From an uncultured Mycoplasmatota bacterium (GTDB lineage: Bacteria; Bacillota_I; Bacilli_A; RF39; UBA660): a stretch of 64,000 bases of DNA. Under the pieces are notes generated by a model that did not search any database, had not been told where the DNA came from, and worked only from the letters and a program-made list of their open reading frames with translations. The position numbers and the translations under genes are program-made. The stretch lies in NCBI GenBank assembly GCA_900547775.1, contig URHW01000004.1, forward strand, positions 4,806 through 68,805, read 5' to 3'. Positions 9,959-19,815 of this stretch are shown one piece after another. The number at the start of each line of letters is the position of its first letter. The first letter of the stretch is position 1.

Positions 9959-11542
9959 TTACATACTTATTATGTACGGGGAACTACTGGTTCCTTCTCC
10001 GGTTACGTTGGTAGAGGGCTTAAGAGAAATCGAAGGGCGGACACCGGTGGTGCCATACACGTCGCCACTGCCGAAGCCGCCAAGGCTGCCGACAACGGCC
10101 CAAACGCGAGCGCTGTCACCACTGAAGCTGTAAGGAGACAAGGACCACCAATAATCACTAGTAGCATTTTCTTGTAAATATGTTGTAGAATTAACTAGAT
10201 TAAAAGCGTATCCAGCATATGCTAACTCATCTGCTGTTATTAAACCTATTTTTGAATTTATTTTACTTAGTTCTCCATTACATTTTAAACTAGGGCCCGT
10301 ACCTCCAGCACTTTCACTTGCGCTTACTAATCTTTGCGTAGCACCATAATATGTTTTATTTTTGCCATATCCAAAACCATTTGGTGCCATTCTCCATGGA
10401 TCAAATGTTGTATCTGTTACATTGGTTTTGTCATTGCACCATACAGTATCAGCTATTTTATCAGCATAATCTTTTAAATTATTTGTATACCAAGTTTCTA
10501 AATTAGTTAGTATTGTACTATTATTTGTATTTGCATGTGTAGCTTCATATGTACTAGAACCTGATGTTCCATACTTAAATCCTACATAAGCATTGTCATT
10601 CCAGTTTTCATTAAATTTACTTGTATATGTTGTACTAGAGTATCTTGCAAATGCTGCACTAGCACTATTATTAGCTGAATCACAAGGATTAGCTACTTTT
10701 GTAGTATTATCATTATGTAAGATAAGTTTTACTGAACCATCTCCACTAATTCTTACTATTCTCCAGCACTTATTAGCAAACTGTACATAGTTATTTGTTA
10801 CAGCTCCTCTAAAGTAGTATGATGTACCATTATTATCTTCTGCAGATGCAAGTAATGCTTCATCAGCAGTAGATACTGCTGCTCCTGGTTTAGTTATTGG
10901 AGCCTTAACTTCATTATTAGCTAATATAGTCTCTGCAAAAGTAGGTTCATCCGCAGCAACTATACTAACAACTATCTTACCTTTCCAAGTTTTATTTAAC
11001 CCTTGTTCATTAGTTGTTTCTGAATCTAACCAAAGTCTTAAATCAAAAGATTTTGCTTCTTTATTTTTAAGTCCTGTGGTTTTAAGTACATATCCTTGCG
11101 TATTAGTATCTACTTCCCCTAAAGAAAGTGTACTCAAGATTACTGAACTGCCATCATTAGTCCCTTTAGTTGATAAATTAGATTTAACATAATTATCTTT
11201 TAAATAAGCAGTGTTAGTACTAGTTCTATATTCACTAACTAGTGCTATAGTCACTTTTACATAACTATCACAATTATTAGTTAATGTAAAAGTAAATGGT
11301 GATTGTTTAAGTCCATCTTCATCACTAATTGGAAAAGCATCAGATAATACAATTTCACTTGTCTCTTCTGTTAAAGTGGTATTTAAACAAGTTCTTGTAC
11401 CAATAACATTACTATTAGTTTGAGTTTTAGTAATTCTATAATAAGCATAAGTTACTCCGATAAGTACTAATACAGTTACAAGTAACCCATATAAAATTGT
11501 TCTTTTCTTCTTTTCATTCTCTATAATATCCATTAGCCTCAC
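9959..11542 (-). CDS. Paralog 2 of the hypervariable surface protein family; putative DGR target
   Basis: Same N-domain and core as paralogs 1 and 3, without the roughly 100-aa central insertion. The C-terminal cassette at about 10030-10135 is GC-rich and NNC-codon-rich. Confidence 0.75.
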   Translation of the reverse strand: MRLMDIIENEKKKRTILYGLLVTVLVLIGVTYAYYRITKTQTNSNVIGTRTCLNTTLTEETSEIVLSDAFPISDEDGLKQSPFTFTLTNNCDSYVKVTIALVSEYRTSTNTAYLKDNYVKSNLSTKGTNDGSSVILSTLSLGEVDTNTQGYVLKTTGLKNKEAKSFDLRLWLDSETTNEQGLNKTWKGKIVVSIVAADEPTFAETILANNEVKAPITKPGAAVSTADEALLASAEDNNGTSYYFRGAVTNNYVQFANKCWRIVRISGDGSVKLILHNDNTTKVANPCDSANNSASAAFARYSSTTYTSKFNENWNDNAYVGFKYGTSGSSTYEATHANTNNSTILTNLETWYTNNLKDYADKIADTVWCNDKTNVTDTTFDPWRMAPNGFGYGKNKTYYGATQRLVSASESAGGTGPSLKCNGELSKINSKIGLITADELAYAGYAFNLVNSTTYLQENATSDYWWSLSPYSFSGDSARVWAVVGSLGGFGSGDVYGTTGVRPSISLKPSTNVTGEGTSSSPYIISM

Positions 11543-11780
11543 CTACTATAAACAATTATAAATGATAAGTATCTTTTAATCAAGGCTCTTTAATTTAATT
11601 TAATGAAAATTATAAAAAAAAGATAACTTCATGATATCAATAGTTATCTTACTTAAATCTTGCTTAAATCCTACTTAAATTAATTTTTATAATACATCTA
11701 ATTTCTTTATAATAATGAGTATTAAAACAATATTATAACTTTACCAAAAACCTACAAAATTATTTGACATTTACATTTAA

Positions 11781-11958
11781 AAGCAGCAAAAAACAGCAAA
11801 AAAGCAGCAAAAAAGCAGCAAAAAAACAGCAAAAAAACAGCAAAAAGCAGCAAAAAAGAAGCAAAAAACAGCAAAAAACAGCAAAAAGTAGCAAAAAAAC
11901 AGCAAAAAGCAGCAAAAAAACAGCAAAAAACAGCAAAAAAACAGCAAAAGTAGCAAAA
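11781..11958. repeat. Tandem A-tract repeat (about 16 units of cagcaaaaaa(c/g), 10-12 bp period)
   Basis: Direct reading. Phased A5-7 tracts lie between the stop of 11962-13632 and the promoter region of paralog 2. Confidence 0.9.
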
Positions 11959-11961
11959 CTA

Positions 11962-13632
11962 CTACTTCAATTTCCAACAAGAATGACCTGATTTATTATC
12001 ATGATAAATTTTTCCTTCTTTCTTCAATAAATCTAATAGATACCTAACTCGGCTTAGTTTAGTGCCTTCATCTAATGAATTAGGTAACTTATCTTTAAGT
12101 AAAGAAATAATTTCTTTTCTACTTGCTGAACCATATTCTTTTATATATTTAATTATTAGTTCCATATAAAACTCATTTTCTAATCCAGAATTATAAACAT
12201 ACTCTTCCTTCTTTTCTGTTAAGCTAGCAAGACTTGATGAAATATAAATGTTTGGATATCTTCCTTCAATTAAATGTTCTTTTTTTAGATAATCACTTTG
12301 CTCTTTACTTATCGTATATCTCTTTTGTAATCTATCAAGTAATATTATTGCACTAATATCTAAGTTAGTTCTTTCAAATAACAATCTACTATAATTTTCA
12401 TCAATTATTTTTCCATATAATGTTACAATAACTCGGTTAGAATTACTTAAATCATAATCAGGCATTGGAAAATATTTTTTCTTTTGAATATCATAAACTC
12501 GTTTAATTCCACTACCAACTGTATCTATCATATTCAAATTAACCATCGCACTTATTAAAAAAGGATTCCTATAATATGGAGAAGAATATCCATCTTTTAA
12601 AACGTTCTCAATTGTTTCCGGAATAAAACTGCCTTCATTTATGATCATCAATCTATCTGAATATTCAATTATATTAATGTTTCCATGAAGTCTGTAATCT
12701 TGATGAGCAATACAATTATTAATTAACTCACGAAGAATATAATTATCATACTTATCTACTTCATAAGGAAATAAAGTTGCATCACTAATCATGTATCTAT
12801 ACTTTAAATTTCTAATCTTAGATTTTATTTTATCAATATTAATAATAAAAGGTATTCCAAAATGTTCATAATCAATCACATTAAAATCATCATAAAGTTT
12901 CCACGTCATTCGTGGAATATATCCTTCCATCAAATAATCATAATCACTATTTCCTAAAAGCAACATACAAGCCATAGTTATCTTATTATTAATTGTTAAT
13001 CTTGCTTTATTTAAAAATTCAATATCAGTCAAATTATCAACTTCATCTATTAATTTATCATCTTTATGTTTAACTTTAAATTGTTCTCTAGCAACTTTAA
13101 TTGCACCTTTATCAAGATTATCTATTGTAGTTTCTTCAAGAACTTGTCTTGACCAATCATAATTTATAGTAGTTTTAATTTGTTCAATCTTATTTAGTGA
13201 TAAAGGAGATAATGATTCGCCTATTCTTCCATAAGGAAACCCTTTCCAATTAATTGGAGTTCCAGAGGCGGCTGGTACTTGAAACATTATCACTCTTTTA
13301 CCATTAACAACAATTGTATAAATTTCAATAAAACTTATATTATCCGTAGTATTATCAGAAATTTGTTTTTTCACCTTATTAAAATCATTATCTATGCAAT
13401 AATTAGTACTAGTTAACTCATGTGTTTTATCATCAACACCAAATATTATCCAAGAATAAAGTTTGTTTTTTAAATTAGCTTCATTAGCTAAAGCTGAGAA
13501 ATATTTTCCTAAGGTATCAACATCAAAATTATTCTTAGCTCTTTTAAACTCAACACATTCATTTTCAGAAACTTTTAATAGATTACTTAATATTACAAGT
13601 AGCTCCTCAGTTGTCTTATACAAACTTATCAC
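11962..13632 (-). CDS. AlbA_2 (Schlafen-like) plus HATPase_c_4-type putative transcriptional regulator
   Basis: 556 aa. The N-terminal divergent AAA-4/AlbA_2-like region (ECVEFKRAKNNFD) is followed by an ATPase-like region and a C-terminal wHTH-like tail. Confidence 0.5.
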   Translation of the reverse strand: MISLYKTTEELLVILSNLLKVSENECVEFKRAKNNFDVDTLGKYFSALANEANLKNKLYSWIIFGVDDKTHELTSTNYCIDNDFNKVKKQISDNTTDNISFIEIYTIVVNGKRVIMFQVPAASGTPINWKGFPYGRIGESLSPLSLNKIEQIKTTINYDWSRQVLEETTIDNLDKGAIKVAREQFKVKHKDDKLIDEVDNLTDIEFLNKARLTINNKITMACMLLLGNSDYDYLMEGYIPRMTWKLYDDFNVIDYEHFGIPFIINIDKIKSKIRNLKYRYMISDATLFPYEVDKYDNYILRELINNCIAHQDYRLHGNINIIEYSDRLMIINEGSFIPETIENVLKDGYSSPYYRNPFLISAMVNLNMIDTVGSGIKRVYDIQKKKYFPMPDYDLSNSNRVIVTLYGKIIDENYSRLLFERTNLDISAIILLDRLQKRYTISKEQSDYLKKEHLIEGRYPNIYISSSLASLTEKKEEYVYNSGLENEFYMELIIKYIKEYGSASRKEIISLLKDKLPNSLDEGTKLSRVRYLLDLLKKEGKIYHDNKSGHSCWKLK

Positions 13633-13737
13633 CTCTATTAGTTATTGTTGTAAGAACATCCCAGATTTCCTTTTTATTTTTTTAATAAAATAAAAAAAAT
13701 TTTTGATTAATACCCATATTAAAAGAACTCAAAGTTT

Positions 13738-16700
13738 TTAACTCTGAGTTCCATCATTTGTTTCTACTGTTATATCATAATCTGTATCATAATAGTAATT
13801 ACTAAATAAAACATTTGAATTATTAATAACTGTTCTTATACCTAAGTCTCCTCTACCATATATAGCGTTTCTTTCAATAGATTTAACACTATCAGTTAAA
13901 GTTATTGTCTTAAGTATAATATTATTCATAAGTGCATAACTACTAATATTTTCTGCATCTATTACATATTCTAACTTCTCATAATAACTAGGAACACTTA
14001 TTAAAGTCGTACCATCCTTATTAAACAATACTCCATCTCTGCTACTATAATTATTATTATCAGCACTAACTATAAATTTATTTATATTTAGGTTTATTCT
14101 TGATTCTATACTAGTAACAGAGCTTGGCACACTTAAACTCATCTTCTTATCATCAGCACTTACTAATCCATTTAATGAGTCATATATAATTCTCGTTGTT
14201 CCTTCTCTAATTTGTACATCTCCTTCAAGTTTATCAGGAACTAAAATAAGTGTATCCCCATTATATAATATATTATTTTCTACTTCTAAAGTACTTGCTT
14301 TTATTTCTTTAAAGTTAACTCCCCTAAATGGTGCTATACCTACATAAGCATTTCCTATATCAGCACTCTTACCCTTAAAGTTATAAAACGCATAATCTCC
14401 AATAGTTTGAACACTTCTAGGAATAACAATATCACCTAAACTACTATCTATAAAAGCATAATCTCTAATATATTCTAAGCCTTCATTAAATGTTATATTA
14501 CTTAAACTAGTATTTGTACTAAAAGCATACTGCTCAATAGTTCTAACCGAACTTCCTATAGTAACACTAGTAAGACCTAAATTATTAGCAAATGCTCTCT
14601 TACCAATCTTTTCACTATTAACATTAAGCATCTTTAAACTAGTACTTTCAAAGGCCGATGTTCCAATAGATTTAACACTTGATGGAATATTAATATTAGT
14701 AATACCAGTTCCATAAAATGCATTATTACCAATACTACTAACATTATTCCCAATAACAATATTATTAATTTGGCTCGCATAATTATCCCAAGGAGCGCTT
14801 ATAAAATCTTGCATATCTCCGGTTCCATACACGCTTAATGTATAACCATTACTTCCATCTATCACTTTGTTACTATATAAAAATGCGATTACATCTTCTT
14901 TATTATTCTTACCGATCTTATAATAATTCACATATTCATGCTCTGCACTTACTATCTCACTAGTAGTACGCTTTTGATTAACTAAGCCATATATATCTCT
15001 AACTGCACCATCACTTAAAGTTAATGTAAATAGTCCATAATAATTATTTGCTTTTACCACTACTTCAAATCGGTATCCATTAGTAATATCTTTAACCTTA
15101 GTAACACTATCAACTAAAACACCATTACTAGCACTAATCATACCCTTATCAAGAGATGCACTAGCAAGTCCTCCACCAATATCCGTACATTCCAAATACG
15201 CCTTACCAGTTCCATAAATATCACTTGGTACATCAGTAAACATACAACTAGGTGCTGGATTATCTGCAATAGCATAATAAGTAGTTCCTTTATTTCTACT
15301 ATTAATTGTAACTGTACTTCCAATATTTTTAATGTTTCCACCACTAGGACTTGTACTCCATCCCTTTTTAGTTATTCCATCTGGAACACTAAAGTCAGGT
15401 AATGTAACTGTGCATCCTGAACCTAACCTACTTTCTGTACAAGTAAGTGTTGTCTCACCAAGAGTTCCATAAGTTCCCCCATTTAAATTAATTTGAAATA
15501 CATTAGTAACATATATAGGTATTCTAAGTTCTCCACAATCTGCACCTTTAATAACTAAATATGTAGTTCCAGTTCTGTATGATCTTATCTTTATCTTATC
15601 AGTAAACACCTTATTAATATTATCAGGTTCATATGAGAAATTACTTTGTGATACCACATTAACACTTGCTGTCCAACTATTACTAACACTATAACTAAGT
15701 TTGCCAGTAGCAGCATAACTAATTGTAATCTCTGCACTTTCCCTATTAACACCTAAAGTAATTGAATTTAGATTACTTTTTAAAGAATAAACATTATAAT
15801 CAAGTTCAGCAAGTCTATTACCATTATTTTCTCTTAAGTAAATAACTGCTTTACCCGTATTAGTTCTTCCTAACTTATAAGGAAGACTACTATCATACTG
15901 CGTACTAGTAACATTATGTCTTACTAATGACATCTGTCCATATCTTCCACCATTATTGGCACAATTATTACTTAAACTAATCGCTGGCTGACTAGGATTA
16001 TTACCTAAATCTACTAAATAATAATCAGTCATACTATCAAACACTATATTATTCTTCGTACTATCACAAGTCTTACCACTACTATCTAATACTCCCAAAT
16101 TAATCCCATGAATTGTAATGGTATTATTACTAAGATCAGAACCAACCTCTTTACACACTTTAGTAACCGTATTATTATTCTCTCTAAAATATAAACTTGT
16201 CTTATAAATAACTGGTATAAATATATCTAATGAGCCATCTCTTACACTCTTAACATTAACTTTAAAATCTTCTACATTATCATAAATATCTTCACCATTA
16301 GTGGTCTCTAAAATAACTGTATCATTTTCTATATGACAATTTAAATAATCAGTATTTTCTTCATATCCACCATAAGTACTTTTCTTATAAACAGTGCAAG
16401 TAAAATCATTACTAGAGCTTCCGTTTATCTTAGACTTAAACTGTGTCTTATCATTATTTTGTCTTCTTCCCCCATTAAAATATAAATATTCTGGTATATC
16501 TGTATTATCTAATTTAATATTTGAAACATTAACCTCAAAACTAGTTTCACCACAAATTGATCCTTTTATTCTAATGGTAACAGTTCCAATACTATTTCCT
16601 TTTATATAAAAGTAATTCTGATTATTTAAAGTTATTGTACTTCCAAATGAACTATTATTTGCTGATATACTAGCAGCACTACTATCAACTGATACAGTAA

Positions 16701-17769
16701 TTCTTCCTGTACCACCAGCCTTAAGTTCTACTCTCTTAGCAGCCTCACCTACAATAACATTCGTAATATGCGTTACTACATCTAAATCATAAACTTCTCT
16801 AGTTATAACCTTACTAATACCTGCATGATCTTCAGTTATCGTAAAACTTTTCTCACCTGTACTAGTACCACTATTCATATATAGAACGTCTCCCTTTATA
16901 GTAGCATTCAAATCATCACTAATCCCACTAAGAGAAAACTCGCCATAATTCTTCCCCGTAATCCTAAAAAGTTCATTAGTAAGTGTTTTCATACACATCT
17001 TAGGTGTATATCCATCTATATCATAATTAACAACATACACCCCTAAATTCATATGTCGATATAACTTCTTTTCTGCTCCTTCATCATCTCTGTATGTACC
17101 AGTTACTTGTACTTGATAATTTCCATCACTTCCAGTACCATTATCATTTAAAGTAATAACTAAATCATCACCAACAACTTTACAACTAAATGGACCTGTC
17201 GCTTCACATGTAATACTTTTAAAAGTTCCTTTAGTATAAATCTTAGTTTTAAATTCCTCATGAAGTCCCCAATAAAAATCTTTCTTTGTAGTTCCTAAAT
17301 TAAGTGAATAATTACCATCAACTGCTGGACATGAATAATTCTTATTTTTTATATCATAAAAAGTAGCACTTATCGTTACTGTAGATGGATCATAACATAA
17401 AAGAACATTACCACTGAGTCTTCCACCAGTAACTGGATTGCCAACATAACTAGCATCATCTTTAGTAGTATCATACTCTAAATAACCTAGACCTACTAAA
17501 TCATCAACACTTATTATGCACTCATCATACGCATCATCATTAATAACTCCAGATTCTAACCCATTAGTACACTTCTGATAAGTATTAATATTATCTTCAC
17601 CATACTTAGAAGCACTAGTTTCAATAGTACTAATCTTAGAATTTAAAATACTCTCTTTTGTATTTTTTGAAATATTAGTAACCGCTGGTATCAAAATAAC
17701 CATAATAATTGCAAGTATTGTAATAACTGCAAGAAGTTCCACCATTGTAAAACCCTTATGGTTCTTCAT
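13738..17769 (-). CDS. Giant prepilin-type N-terminal domain protein with Ig-like middle region and C-terminal BspA-type leucine-rich repeats
   Basis: N-terminus MKNHKGFTMVELLAVITILAIIMV is a class III signal. The C-terminal 350 aa carry repeated IPSSV.SIG..AF LRR_5-like units. Confidence 0.75.
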   Translation of the reverse strand: MKNHKGFTMVELLAVITILAIIMVILIPAVTNISKNTKESILNSKISTIETSASKYGEDNINTYQKCTNGLESGVINDDAYDECIISVDDLVGLGYLEYDTTKDDASYVGNPVTGGRLSGNVLLCYDPSTVTISATFYDIKNKNYSCPAVDGNYSLNLGTTKKDFYWGLHEEFKTKIYTKGTFKSITCEATGPFSCKVVGDDLVITLNDNGTGSDGNYQVQVTGTYRDDEGAEKKLYRHMNLGVYVVNYDIDGYTPKMCMKTLTNELFRITGKNYGEFSLSGISDDLNATIKGDVLYMNSGTSTGEKSFTITEDHAGISKVITREVYDLDVVTHITNVIVGEAAKRVELKAGGTGRITVSVDSSAASISANNSSFGSTITLNNQNYFYIKGNSIGTVTIRIKGSICGETSFEVNVSNIKLDNTDIPEYLYFNGGRRQNNDKTQFKSKINGSSSNDFTCTVYKKSTYGGYEENTDYLNCHIENDTVILETTNGEDIYDNVEDFKVNVKSVRDGSLDIFIPVIYKTSLYFRENNNTVTKVCKEVGSDLSNNTITIHGINLGVLDSSGKTCDSTKNNIVFDSMTDYYLVDLGNNPSQPAISLSNNCANNGGRYGQMSLVRHNVTSTQYDSSLPYKLGRTNTGKAVIYLRENNGNRLAELDYNVYSLKSNLNSITLGVNRESAEITISYAATGKLSYSVSNSWTASVNVVSQSNFSYEPDNINKVFTDKIKIRSYRTGTTYLVIKGADCGELRIPIYVTNVFQINLNGGTYGTLGETTLTCTESRLGSGCTVTLPDFSVPDGITKKGWSTSPSGGNIKNIGSTVTINSRNKGTTYYAIADNPAPSCMFTDVPSDIYGTGKAYLECTDIGGGLASASLDKGMISASNGVLVDSVTKVKDITNGYRFEVVVKANNYYGLFTLTLSDGAVRDIYGLVNQKRTTSEIVSAEHEYVNYYKIGKNNKEDVIAFLYSNKVIDGSNGYTLSVYGTGDMQDFISAPWDNYASQINNIVIGNNVSSIGNNAFYGTGITNINIPSSVKSIGTSAFESTSLKMLNVNSEKIGKRAFANNLGLTSVTIGSSVRTIEQYAFSTNTSLSNITFNEGLEYIRDYAFIDSSLGDIVIPRSVQTIGDYAFYNFKGKSADIGNAYVGIAPFRGVNFKEIKASTLEVENNILYNGDTLILVPDKLEGDVQIREGTTRIIYDSLNGLVSADDKKMSLSVPSSVTSIESRINLNINKFIVSADNNNYSSRDGVLFNKDGTTLISVPSYYEKLEYVIDAENISSYALMNNIILKTITLTDSVKSIERNAIYGRGDLGIRTVINNSNVLFSNYYYDTDYDITVETNDGTQS

Positions 17770-17779
17770 AAAATCACCT

Positions 17780-18316
17780 CTATTCTGCTATCTTAAAATA
17801 AATATTAGATGTAAAATCATTTCCATTAGAAGCAAGCATTTTAACCCTTAACTCCCTAAGACTAGTATTTTCAAACTCCTTATAATTAACAAAATCATTC
17901 TCATCTATTATTGCTCCATCAGGAACTTTACGCACAAAATTACGTGTCCTCTCATCACTAGTTAAATTATTATTAACATATTCATATTTAATATATCTTG
18001 CATCATCAGTTAATGATAACTTCTTTACAATAAGTTCATTTAAATTACCTTCCCTAAAAGCATTAAAAGTAATTGTAACACTTTTCTTCCCATCTAAACT
18101 CACACTCTTGACTCCATATCTATTAATATCCGTACTAATCGTATCAATTAAAATGGTATCTAATACTTCAAAATCAACTTCTAACTTACTCTTCTTATAT
18201 AACCCATTAACTGTAATTAATAATCTTGTAATAAAAATAAGAATAATTGACACAAGCACAATAGATACAATAATCTCAACAAGAGTCATCCCCTTCTTAT
18301 TCATCACTATCACCAA
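17780..18316 (-). CDS. Pseudopilin (prepilin-type N-terminal domain)
   Basis: N-terminus KKGMTLVEIIVSIVLVSIILIF. It overlaps the upstream gene by 20 nt. Confidence 0.7.
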   Translation of the reverse strand: MVIVMNKKGMTLVEIIVSIVLVSIILIFITRLLITVNGLYKKSKLEVDFEVLDTILIDTISTDINRYGVKSVSLDGKKSVTITFNAFREGNLNELIVKKLSLTDDARYIKYEYVNNNLTSDERTRNFVRKVPDGAIIDENDFVNYKEFENTSLRELRVKMLASNGNDFTSNIYFKIAE

Positions 18317-18806
18317 ACCTTAATGAAGCATACTGATAAATAGTCGGATTATTATTATAATTATTCTCATCTACATACATAACAATAATTCTATAACCAC
18401 TTTCCTTAGTTGGATCTAACTTCTTTATATAATTCTGTGTAGTAGCCTCTAAATCAGATAACTCCCCACTATTAATATCACTAGTAAACCACTTAGTAAA
18501 ATAAATAGAATTTATTCTCATATTAGTAACTAATGATTTAAAATAAGTATCACCCTTACCTAAACAATCACTATTACCCTGACAATAAATATACACACTA
18601 GAGCCATCATAACCATTAAACCCACTATCTTCAAAATACTCTTTAACTAAATTAGTCTTATAAATATATTCTGTATTATCATAATAACTCTTTCTTTGTA
18701 CAGCACTAATAACATTCATATAACCACCATAAAGCATAATTAAAAGCACACACAAAACAAGAATAACTACAATTGTCTCTACTAAAACAAAACCCTTATT
18801 CTTCAT
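18297..18806 (-). CDS. Pseudopilin (prepilin-type N-terminal domain)
   Basis: N-terminus MKNKGFVLVETIVVILVLCVLLIM. Confidence 0.7.
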   Translation of the reverse strand: MKNKGFVLVETIVVILVLCVLLIMLYGGYMNVISAVQRKSYYDNTEYIYKTNLVKEYFEDSGFNGYDGSSVYIYCQGNSDCLGKGDTYFKSLVTNMRINSIYFTKWFTSDINSGELSDLEATTQNYIKKLDPTKESGYRIIVMYVDENNYNNNPTIYQYASLRFGDSDE

Positions 18807-18814
18807 AATACCTC

Positions 18815-19735
18815 CTAATCATGCTTAAAACTAATATTACACTTACTAGCATGCCCATTATTCTTATACTTAAATAAATACTTAGTATTACTTTCATTAG
18901 TAATTGGACTAATCTCATAATCATTATAATTACAACTTACTTCATCTAATTCATAACCCGCATAAGGAACAATCGTAAAAGAAATCTCATCATCATCTAT
19001 AAAATCCTTTGTAATAAATGAAACTGTACCATCAAAATAATCTATATTATTATCAAGCCACTCTAAACTAACAATATCATTATAAGCGTAAGTAATATCC
19101 ATAAGTAATAAATTAGTATAATAAGTTCTATTAGTGTTATAAGTACTCTGTTTACCAACAATCATATAACTAAGAGTTTCACTACCAGTTAAATCAACTA
19201 TTTTAGAAACACTCTTCCAACCATCATTATTAGAAGTACTAATAACCCTACTACTATCTATAACATCACCACTCACTGTATTAGAAACAAACACATCACT
19301 GGTATAACCAATACTAGGTTGATAATATTCCATACGAATATAATATTTATGAGTAGAATCTACACTTATTGGCTGAGATAAATTACCACTTGATCCCGTC
19401 TTAATAACACACCTCTTACCAAAATCTGCAACCTGAAAATTACCATTATTTTGAATACTCCAATCAGTAAGATTATTATTAGCATCAACACTATTAAAAT
19501 TACCATTACGCACTAAATTAGTAATACTCTTTCCACCATCAACACTAGCATAAGAAACATATAAACTTATACTACCACTACCATCATTAAGTTTCTCTCG
19601 AATCTCACCATTATATCTATCCAAAATAGTCTTATTTGCAATATAATTACTCAAAAGAGCCGTCAAAATAGCAATAAAAGCAAGAAAAAAAGTATAAATC
19701 AAACTAGTAGCAATAAACCCACTCTCATTCTTCAT
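18815..19735 (-). CDS. Pilin-like protein (atypical prepilin N-terminus)
   Basis: N-terminus MKNESGFIATSLIYTFFLAFIAIL is followed by a beta-rich domain. It is the first gene of the pilin operon. Confidence 0.5.
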   Translation of the reverse strand: MKNESGFIATSLIYTFFLAFIAILTALLSNYIANKTILDRYNGEIREKLNDGSGSISLYVSYASVDGGKSITNLVRNGNFNSVDANNNLTDWSIQNNGNFQVADFGKRCVIKTGSSGNLSQPISVDSTHKYYIRMEYYQPSIGYTSDVFVSNTVSGDVIDSSRVISTSNNDGWKSVSKIVDLTGSETLSYMIVGKQSTYNTNRTYYTNLLLMDITYAYNDIVSLEWLDNNIDYFDGTVSFITKDFIDDDEISFTIVPYAGYELDEVSCNYNDYEISPITNESNTKYLFKYKNNGHASKCNISFKHD

Positions 19736-19790
19736 AACACCAGCCCTATTCTCTTTAAATTATAACATTATCTTAAAAGAAAAAAAAGCC

Positions 19791-19805
19791 CTAACTAAAA
19801 GTTAG
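19791..19805 (-). terminator. Rho-independent terminator after paralog 3
   Basis: Hairpin ctaact-aaaa-gttag, followed on the minus strand by a T-run of 8 or more. Confidence 0.5.
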
Positions 19806-19815
19806 AACTCTATAA

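Noticed and set aside
9950-10177. 75-aa plus-strand ORF (and the similar 19857-20066 ORF) overlapping paralog C-termini
   Set aside because: They are antisense to the GC-rich variable cassettes. The GC island merely suppresses stop codons, and no independent coding signal is present.
11781-11958. Possible CRISPR array
   Set aside because: Units are only 10-12 bp with no unique spacers. It is a simple microsatellite-like A-tract repeat.
11764-11991. K/Q-rich 75-aa and F/C/L-rich 67-aa ORFs
   Set aside because: Both are translations of the A-tract tandem repeat on the two strands, i.e. low-complexity artefacts.
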